64,000 nucleotides of DNA, from positions 34,011-98,010 of IMG/VR virus record IMGVR_UViG_3300047499_000102. The stretch is one strand, 5' to 3'. Position numbers and translations under genes: made by a program. The notes under the pieces were generated by a model. That model ran no database searches. It saw nothing but the letters and a program-made list of their open reading frames with translations, and was not told the origin of the DNA. Source of the stretch: a virus. Shown one piece after another: positions 34,001 through 40,988 of the stretch (positions within the stretch are counted from its first letter, which is position 1; each line of letters starts with the position of its first letter).

Positions 34001-34408
34001 TTACTTCCCGTCGCCGGGCTTCACCTCGGCCTTGGCCTCGGTCGTCGACTTCGCGGGCTTGCGGTCCGGCGCGGTTGCCTGGGGCGACGAGGTCATGTCG
34101 GCGTCGGGCGCCTTTGCGAACACGACGCCCTTGCGGCGGTTCCACTCGGCGGCGAGGCGATTGTACTGCGCGTGGATGCGCTGCTCGAACTCCGCGATCT
34201 CCTGAGCGCGGAACTCCGCGAAGCTCGGCAGGCGGTCGGTCGAGAGATCCTCCCGGGAGGCGTCGGCCGGAACGACGGACGCCCCTGCCATCGTCGCCTC
34301 CTCTTCCGTGAGCTCCACTTCGGTCCCGGGGTCGATGCGCTTGAGGGCGCCTTCGCGGGTGATGTGCAGAAGGTGAATGGCTTGGAACTTCTTCATGTCG
34401 ATGCTCAT
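34001..34408 (-). CDS. Hypothetical head-associated protein
   Basis: I.PG.EVELTEEEA motif; ATGA coupling. Confidence 0.55.
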   Translation of the reverse strand: MSIDMKKFQAIHLLHITREGALKRIDPGTEVELTEEEATMAGASVVPADASREDLSTDRLPSFAEFRAQEIAEFEQRIHAQYNRLAAEWNRRKGVVFAKAPDADMTSSPQATAPDRKPAKSTTEAKAEVKPGDGK

Positions 34409-34917
34409 GCTCGGCTCTCCGCGGTCTTCGCCGGGGGGTTGGCGGGCAGGCCGCTGAATTGCTGCACGACCTTGGGCGGGGAGAACACCTTGCCGACCCG
34501 GCTCGGCTTGGCATCCAGCTCCTCGACCAAGCCCTGCTCCAGCGCTCGGAACGCGTCGTCGACGGAGAGGCGCACGATGTCGCCCTCCTTCGCTGTCACG
34601 AACGGCTTCTCGTTCTCCTTGCGAGAGCCGTCCGGGTTGTAGATCTCCTCCAGGGGGCGGGGCACGTGCATCGTGCCGTGGATGATACGAAAGTCGCCAC
34701 CGCCCGCCTCCTTGATCTTCGCGTAGCGCTCCTTGCGCGCCTCCGTCTCGGCCTGGATTTGGTCGGGGTCGGTGGTCCGCAGACCGATCAGGGGGTCGAT
34801 GGTCTCGAGTCCCTCGGGCCGAGGGCGCATCTTGAGGATGGAACTGCGCTCGACGACGGCGGGACGCTCGGGGAACGTTTCGGTGCTCGCTGCGGGTGCC
34901 TTCTTCGTGGATGCCAT
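34405..34917 (-). CDS. Hypothetical head-associated protein
   Basis: EGDIVRL...DA.R.LE.G.VE motif; SD AAGGAG. Confidence 0.6.
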   Translation of the reverse strand: MASTKKAPAASTETFPERPAVVERSSILKMRPRPEGLETIDPLIGLRTTDPDQIQAETEARKERYAKIKEAGGGDFRIIHGTMHVPRPLEEIYNPDGSRKENEKPFVTAKEGDIVRLSVDDAFRALEQGLVEELDAKPSRVGKVFSPPKVVQQFSGLPANPPAKTAESRA

Positions 34918-34958
34918 GTGCGTGTGCTCCTTGTGGACGCAGCGTGACCTCGCTGCAG

Positions 34959-35031
34959 GGGCTCGGGCAGGATTCGAACCTGCGATCTGCTGCTTATGAG
35001 GCAGCCGGGATGACCTCTTCCCCACCGTGCC
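34959..35031 (-). tRNA. tRNA with CAT anticodon (elongator Met or Ile2); no encoded CCA
   Basis: GGCACGG-TG-GGGA/TCCC D arm, GCTGC-CTCATAA-GCAGC anticodon arm, GCAGG-TTCGAAT-CCTGC T arm, CCGAGCC. Confidence 0.85.
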
Positions 35032-35039
35032 GAATCTCA

Positions 35040-35213
35040 GGCCGCGTCGAGCATCGTCCAGATGGGACACAGCGTTCGCCCTGCATCGGGCTCGGTTGCA
35101 CTCGATGCAGGGCATCGCCACGCCGTACGTTCGATCGTCTTCTCCTTGCCGCAGCGCGTGCACACGCGCTTGGTCGGGTCGGAGGGCTGTTGAACGACTC
35201 GCGCGAACGTCAC
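35040..35213 (-). pseudogene. Frameshifted zinc-ribbon remnant resembling an HNH-endonuclease N-terminus
   Basis: KRVCTRCGKEK in one frame and PCIECNRAR in another. Confidence 0.35.
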
Positions 35214-35254
35214 CAGTAGCAGCGTACCGAGCGGTACGCGTCGATGCTACTGGT
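35212..35254. terminator. Stem-loop overlapping the capsid gene stop
   Basis: ACCAGTAGCA/TGCTACTGGT outer stem with GCGTACCG/CGGTACGC inner stem; no U tract. Confidence 0.4.
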
Positions 35255-36560
35255 AGGCATTCAAAATGAGACCACCGACGTAGCCGGAGGTCATCACCTC
35301 GGCGTCGTTGTGCGCGCAGACCACGACCGTCGAGCCGCGCGGACCGCGCTTTTGGTCGAAGTAGGTGCGCACGAGGAAGCCGCCAGTCAGTCCGCCGTCC
35401 GGGGGCACGTCGCCTCCGGTCCACCGAAAGGTCAGCGCGGTCTGGACGTCCATCTGGTTGGTGGGAGGCATGGAGCTCGGTTGCGAGATGAGGACCACGT
35501 GAGCGCCCCAGGCGAAGGCCAGGGTCTGGTTCACCGTGTACTTCATCTCGGCGACGTAGAACGGGGGCAGCTTGAGCTTGTCCGCGAGCGCCTCGGGCGT
35601 CGGGATGCCGTCGACCATGTCCTTGTAGGTGAAGAACTTCTGCACCGCGGCGTTACGGACGAACGCGCGCCACATCTGACCGCTTATCCCGATGCCCGTG
35701 ATGGGCTTGTAGGACGCGTCGATGGCCTGGTGGATGTTCAGGATCGGGTTGCTCGCCGCACCTTCGTCCCACTGGGCACCGGCGAGCAGCGTCTGGACGA
35801 GTGACGTCTGCCAGTTGCCCGAGGCCTCCAGCTGGGCGACGACGCGCACCTCGCGCTCGAGCCGCAGCGCGTCGGTGAGGACCTGCATGAGCTTCGGCAG
35901 GGGCGCGAACGGGGTGTCCGCGTTGGCGAGGACCTCCGTCGGCAAAGCGCCGGCGAGGGCATACGGAAGCGCGTTGTACTGCGAGAAGCTCAGGCCCGGG
36001 TTGACCTCGGCGACCTGTCCGCCCACGGCGTTGAGGTTCGCCATCTTCCGGCTGAAGTCGGAAGAGACGTTCCACGTGCCGTAGTAGTCGGCCTGCTTCC
36101 CGACGGGCACGACGGGCGACATGATGTCCGCGATGCCGTCGGAGATGCGGTAGCCAGCGGCGTACGGCATCACCGCGGGCTGGTGGACGTCGGTCGGCGA
36201 CAGATCCAGGGTGACGATGTCCCCGTTCTCGTCGCGGACCTTGCACTGCACTTTCGTGCCGCGGAGGTTCGCGACCTTCTGGTGGTAGTGGATCGTCGCC
36301 TCCATCACGAGGTCGGCGACATGCGAGGGGCGTCCGCTCGGGTGCCGAAGCACGCGAGCCTTGGCGGCGCCCGGCGAGGAACCGAGACCGCAGAGGATCA
36401 TCCCCTCGTCGGACGGCTCGACCGAGCGCAGATAGTGAGACCCGTCCTTGTCCGAGTAGACCCTGCAGGTCTCCTCGTCCAGATACACGGTTTGCATCGG
36501 ACTGCCGTCCTCGTTCCTTTCGGACTCGTGCGGCTTGATTCGGAGGAGGGTAGCAACCAT
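35247..36560 (-). CDS. Major capsid protein (HK97-fold inferred), paralog A
   Basis: Follows the decoration gene; GY....IAD...PVVPV.K....Y, L.LERE.RV, W.....SNP, G.LI.NA motifs. Confidence 0.8.
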   Translation of the reverse strand: MVATLLRIKPHESERNEDGSPMQTVYLDEETCRVYSDKDGSHYLRSVEPSDEGMILCGLGSSPGAAKARVLRHPSGRPSHVADLVMEATIHYHQKVANLRGTKVQCKVRDENGDIVTLDLSPTDVHQPAVMPYAAGYRISDGIADIMSPVVPVGKQADYYGTWNVSSDFSRKMANLNAVGGQVAEVNPGLSFSQYNALPYALAGALPTEVLANADTPFAPLPKLMQVLTDALRLEREVRVVAQLEASGNWQTSLVQTLLAGAQWDEGAASNPILNIHQAIDASYKPITGIGISGQMWRAFVRNAAVQKFFTYKDMVDGIPTPEALADKLKLPPFYVAEMKYTVNQTLAFAWGAHVVLISQPSSMPPTNQMDVQTALTFRWTGGDVPPDGGLTGGFLVRTYFDQKRGPRGSTVVVCAHNDAEVMTSGYVGGLILNAYQ

Positions 36561-36686
36561 GGCTCGGTGACTCGCTTTCGTGGGGGAAGGGTGATGAGAC
36601 GTTGATGGATGGTGAGCGCGCGCCGCGCACCAAGCGCGGACGTGTGAAGGCAGCGCGCCGACGCTACGCGCGCTCGCCAGCCGGGA

Positions 36687-37130
36687 TCAGTACGTGGTGC
36701 AGGTGATGCGAACGCCGATGGGATCGGCCGTGGCGGTGCCAGCGCTCCACGCCTTGCCAAGCACTCCGTCGCCAGCGGCCGCAGTGGCCGTGGTGACGGC
36801 GCCGGCGACGACTGCCGACGGGCCGACGAGCGCGCCGGCCGCGATGTTTCCGCCCGAGTCCTGGTAGACCGTGGCGAATCCGCCGACCTGGATCGAGCCC
36901 TGCTGGCCGGCAGGGGTGTCCGAGACCACGACGCCATCCGGCACGTCGGTGACGAGCGAAGAGAGCACCATGCCCGCGGTCATGAGGGTCGCCGACATGG
37001 GGTTGGCCGTGTCGAGCTTGACGACCTGGCCGGGGGTCATCTGCGTGCCCGTCGTGTTCTTGAAGGGGAGATCGAGCGAGCCCTGGGCGGGGATTCGCGG
37101 CCAGATGAAGTCCTTGGGGACGGCAGCCAT
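36687..37130 (-). CDS. Capsid decoration/cement protein (DUF2190-like)
   Basis: 147 aa; G....D..AG....I...G......GG.IAAG.LV......G.......G..V.G.A...GT...D.I.V. Confidence 0.7.
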   Translation of the reverse strand: MAAVPKDFIWPRIPAQGSLDLPFKNTTGTQMTPGQVVKLDTANPMSATLMTAGMVLSSLVTDVPDGVVVSDTPAGQQGSIQVGGFATVYQDSGGNIAAGALVGPSAVVAGAVTTATAAAGDGVLGKAWSAGTATADPIGVRITCTTY

Positions 37131-37217
37131 AGCGGTTGCTCCTTACTGATGGTTGTGTGGGAGTGGAGTTACAGAGACGGGCGCCGTTCCGCGCCAGGAC
37201 ATGGACGGTGCCTCGCG

Positions 37218-38441
37218 CTACGCGATGGCGCCGGTGATGATCGCGCCGACCGTTGCGCCAGCTCCCGAGGTGTTGCTGGGCGTGATCTCGATGTCGTTCA
37301 TCGCGACCACGATCCACCTCACGCGCCCGCCGCCTCGAAGGCCAGGCTCCTCGAACTCGCGAACGAGGACGCCTCCGACGCGGGCGCCGTCCTTCGCGCT
37401 GTCGCCTAGCCACCGAAGAGTATGACTCGTGCCGATGTCGGTGATGGAGTCGTTGGGTTCGAAGTCGCGCCCATCGAGCGCCCAGTCCTTCGCCGGCGGC
37501 TTGCGTCCCGACCGCGGGGTGGGCAGGGGGTAGCGCTCGTGCACCGTCGTGCGGACCAGCGGGATGTTGCCGACGCCCGTGGGCATCCACACGTACGCCG
37601 GCCCTCCTCCCGAGAACTGCTTCGCCTTGGCGTACAGGATGCGAGGAAGTTGACCACCGCCTTGGACGAAGTCGCGCACCTGCGGACCGCTGCCACCCAC
37701 GCCACCCGTACCGCTGTAGGCGAAGTACGGCGCAGCGATCTCGGGCATGATCAAGGTGTCTGCAGGCAGGTACGACGCATGCAGTGCCGCAAACAGATCG
37801 GTGACCGGCGCGCCGCTCGCGGCGCCATCCCACTTGCCGCTCGTGACGGCGATCTGATTCGCCGCGAGGAAGGTCGCCGCCGTCGTCAGCTGCTTGGCGA
37901 CTCGAGCCTCACGTCCGCGACGAAGTGCGTCCACGAGGAAGCGCGTGGTGCGCTTGCGCATGTCGAAGTCGGCGTTGGTCCACACGGGCATGGGCACGCG
38001 CGCCGCGAGCGCGTAGCCTTGTGCAACGAACTGCGTCGCGGCGAACCCAGGGTTGACCTCGGTGGGCGCGCTGACGAGGTTTGCCTGAGCCTGCACGATC
38101 TGGATTCCGTCGGCCACGTTCTCGCAAAAGAACGATCCACGATCGTGGGCGATGTAGGTGACCGGGCTCACCTCGTCGGCGATGAACTCTGCCCACCCGC
38201 CGGGAATGCCGAAGTCGGCTCGCATCGCGAGACCCGACACGACGTCGCCCGGTGCGAGGTCGAGCGTGAGAGCGCCGTCCATGCGACGCGCGGCGAACAG
38301 CGACAGATCATGCAACTCCTCGTCCTTGCCTGCGCGCACGGCGACACGCTTGCCAGAGTCATCGCGCAACTCGGCGTCGTCGGCCTCCATGTGGAACAGC
38401 ACGCGCCCGCGTGTGTCCCTGACGGTGAGCGGGGAGGACAT
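37218..38441 (-). CDS. Major capsid protein-like, paralog B
   Basis: Colinear motif similarity with 35247-36560 along the whole core. Confidence 0.7.
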   Translation of the reverse strand: MSSPLTVRDTRGRVLFHMEADDAELRDDSGKRVAVRAGKDEELHDLSLFAARRMDGALTLDLAPGDVVSGLAMRADFGIPGGWAEFIADEVSPVTYIAHDRGSFFCENVADGIQIVQAQANLVSAPTEVNPGFAATQFVAQGYALAARVPMPVWTNADFDMRKRTTRFLVDALRRGREARVAKQLTTAATFLAANQIAVTSGKWDGAASGAPVTDLFAALHASYLPADTLIMPEIAAPYFAYSGTGGVGGSGPQVRDFVQGGGQLPRILYAKAKQFSGGGPAYVWMPTGVGNIPLVRTTVHERYPLPTPRSGRKPPAKDWALDGRDFEPNDSITDIGTSHTLRWLGDSAKDGARVGGVLVREFEEPGLRGGGRVRWIVVAMNDIEITPSNTSGAGATVGAIITGAIA

Positions 38442-38448
38442 GGTCGAC

Positions 38449-40368
38449 CTACTTGGCCGCCCCGTGGACGGCACCGTCTTCCATCGCCTTCAGCTGGCGG
38501 GATGCTTCGTCCTGCGCGTCGCGGTAGCTGAGGCTCTTCTCGGTCATGAGCTTCGCCGTCAGGGCTGCGTGTGACAGGACGACCTTGTCGCTCTTGGGCG
38601 TCGGCATCGCGCGCTTCGGGGGGTTGCCCTGGGGCGAGTTGGTGAGCAGGCGTACCGCGTCGGTCAGCTGCTCGCGGGTCATGATGGGGTAGCTGTCCCT
38701 GAACGACTCGGGCGACTCCCGACGGTGCTTGAGCAGCGCCGGCTTGCGGTCCTCGCCGAAGTGCTTCAGCCCTGCAGGACCGTACTGCTCGATCACGAGC
38801 GCGACGTCCGCGAGGATGTCGGCCTCGTCGCGGTCGGTCTTCGCCTTCAGGAGCACCGCATTCGTCTCGATCAGGTTCTTGACGAGGTCCACCACGGTGC
38901 CTTCGGCCTTGATGCCAGCGGCCTTGCAGAGGGTCATGGCCTCCTCGTGCGCCTTCGTGAGCACCTCGTGGGTCGTCCGCAGCGTGACGAGCTCCTTGTC
39001 CTTCGTGGAGACGTGGCCGCTCAGCGTGGTCACCTCGGACTCCAGGCTCGTGATCTTCGCGGTCAGGTCGGCGGGCTTGGGCTCCATGTGTTCCTCTTCG
39101 GGCGTGATGATCGTGGTGGTGGTGGTCGTGTCGCTCGGCTGCTTTGCGCTCAGGTTCGCGCTGCCGCCCTCGTGGTAGCTGTCGACGTGCTGGTCGATGG
39201 CGACGTCGATCATGTCCTGCACGGTGTCGAGGATGTCCTGCATCGTCGCGCCGCCAGATACACCGGCGCACTCCGCGAGCCCGTTGAGGTATGTCGACCG
39301 GAGGTCCACACCCTCGTGCTTGCCCGTGGCGTCGGCCAGCGCGCACCGCTCGCTCAGGCGGGTCATCTGGGCGCACACCTCGTCATGCGTCGAAAGCTCG
39401 GTCAGCCCCAGGCACGCGCGGATGACGGGCATGTAGTCCGACGGCGCGCGCAACGTCTGGGTGAGGAAAGGCTTCGCGAGCATCACCGCGGACGGCGTCG
39501 CTCCGCCATCGCCTGCGCGCGCTTGCCCACCATCTCGCCGCGCCGCCAAGGGACGCATCCCGTCGAGGAAAGGTTGGTTCGTCAGCCCCGCGCTCGACAC
39601 GTACGCGCCGATCTCCAGCCCGGTCTCCCGATCCTTCATGCGCAGGTGGATGGCCGGCGAGATGTACCTGTAGGCGCCCTCGCGGATGTACTGTCGCGCA
39701 AGAGCGCCCCACTCGACCTTGGCGTACAGGTTGCCGTCGTCGCCGAGCTTCATGTCGACGATCCACCCGCGCGCAGGCGCGCCGCTGACCGGGATGCTGC
39801 CTTCGGCCGCGTCCTGCTCCGAGGCGTGCTCGAAGTCGATGGGGAGTCGCCCGTCCTTGTTGCCGCGGAAGTTCGCGACGATCTGCTCGAAGACGGTGCG
39901 GTTCAGGACGAACGGCTTGCCAGACGGATGACCGCGGAACGAACCTGGCTTCGCCAGCTGAATCCAGACGGGCTTCGGGGCTTCGTCGGTGCCGAGGTCT
40001 TCGGGCTTGATGGACAGGAGCTGGGTTTCACCCCAGCCCGCGAGGGACAGATTGTGCCGCACGTGGATGGCTCCTCCGGGCGCGATGTCGGCTCGGATGT
40101 GGATGGACTGGGGGACACGCGCTCGGCCGTTCTTGCCGCCTTTCGCGGCTCGGCGGGCGTCTCGCGCCTTCTTCTCCTCGAGCTTCTTCGCCGCGCGGGC
40201 CGCCCGTCGTTCCTCGGGGCTTCGGCTCGTCGACTCCTTCGGCGGGCCGTCGGGGAACGCATTACCGAGCGTGGTCGTGCCCGTTCTCTTGTCCTCTTCG
40301 CCGGCCGACGCCGTTGGCACGTGCACGTTGCCGACGCCGAGGTCGAGGGTGGTCGCGTCGCTGGCCAT
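38449..40368 (-). CDS. Mu gpI-like prohead protease with C-terminal scaffold region
   Basis: WIQL...G.F, LPIDFEH, APARGWI, VEW, I..G.YRYISP, AGLTN.PFL.GM; coiled-coil C-terminus. Confidence 0.85.
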   Translation of the reverse strand: MASDATTLDLGVGNVHVPTASAGEEDKRTGTTTLGNAFPDGPPKESTSRSPEERRAARAAKKLEEKKARDARRAAKGGKNGRARVPQSIHIRADIAPGGAIHVRHNLSLAGWGETQLLSIKPEDLGTDEAPKPVWIQLAKPGSFRGHPSGKPFVLNRTVFEQIVANFRGNKDGRLPIDFEHASEQDAAEGSIPVSGAPARGWIVDMKLGDDGNLYAKVEWGALARQYIREGAYRYISPAIHLRMKDRETGLEIGAYVSSAGLTNQPFLDGMRPLAARRDGGQARAGDGGATPSAVMLAKPFLTQTLRAPSDYMPVIRACLGLTELSTHDEVCAQMTRLSERCALADATGKHEGVDLRSTYLNGLAECAGVSGGATMQDILDTVQDMIDVAIDQHVDSYHEGGSANLSAKQPSDTTTTTTIITPEEEHMEPKPADLTAKITSLESEVTTLSGHVSTKDKELVTLRTTHEVLTKAHEEAMTLCKAAGIKAEGTVVDLVKNLIETNAVLLKAKTDRDEADILADVALVIEQYGPAGLKHFGEDRKPALLKHRRESPESFRDSYPIMTREQLTDAVRLLTNSPQGNPPKRAMPTPKSDKVVLSHAALTAKLMTEKSLSYRDAQDEASRQLKAMEDGAVHGAAK

Positions 40369-40374
40369 CGAGGA

Positions 40375-40959
40375 TCAGCGGAGAGTGGTGAAGCACGCCA
40401 GCATGCCGATGGGCACGATCACACCCGATCCAGTCTCGGTCACGGTGAAGGTGATCGAGTCGCCGGGGCTCACGTATTCGATAGCCGCTGCCAGGGGCAG
40501 CGGGATGTTCGTGAAGGCCGCCCAGTTTCCGGTACCTCCTGCGGCAGCGAGCTTCGTGTTTGCGGTGGCAATGGTCGTGGCGCTACTACCGTTCGTGCGC
40601 TTCGCGACGGTCAGCGTTGCGTAGTTCGAGGAGTTGGCGGTGAGGGTGCCTTGGGTGTGGTAGTAGCAGGTGCCGATCGAGATGGACTGCGGTCCAGGGC
40701 CGAACAGCCCGACTGGGGTTTCGGTCAGGCCGCCCGTCGGAATGGCCGCGGTGGCGGGCCACTGGAACAAGTCCGTCTCGACGGCGATGGCGCCCATCTC
40801 GAAGGCATTGTTGATGTCGGAACCGATGCCAGCATGACTCGCCGATGGCGCCGGGCCCGGCGCCGGGGGCGCGCTACCTTGGCACGCGTAGATGCCGAGC
40901 GGCAGCACCGCGATGGCGAACACGGCGACGAGCGGGAGGAGGAACTTCTTCAGCGACAT
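40375..40959 (-). CDS. Beta-sandwich protein with lipoprotein-like signal, within the head module
   Basis: MSLKKFLLPLVAVFAIAVLPLGIYAC; TA....YATLTV.KR...V.PGD.ITF.V...G.G. Confidence 0.65.
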   Translation of the reverse strand: MSLKKFLLPLVAVFAIAVLPLGIYACQGSAPPAPGPAPSASHAGIGSDINNAFEMGAIAVETDLFQWPATAAIPTGGLTETPVGLFGPGPQSISIGTCYYHTQGTLTANSSNYATLTVAKRTNGSSATTIATANTKLAAAGGTGNWAAFTNIPLPLAAAIEYVSPGDSITFTVTETGSGVIVPIGMLACFTTLR

Positions 40960-40988
40960 GGCATCGATCCTTCGAGGTTGGGTGAACG

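Noticed and set aside
34959-35031. Initiator tRNA-fMet or tRNA-derived att site
   Set aside because: It has a G1-C72 pair and lacks the three G-C anticodon-stem pairs; it lies mid-operon with no duplicated 3' end seen.
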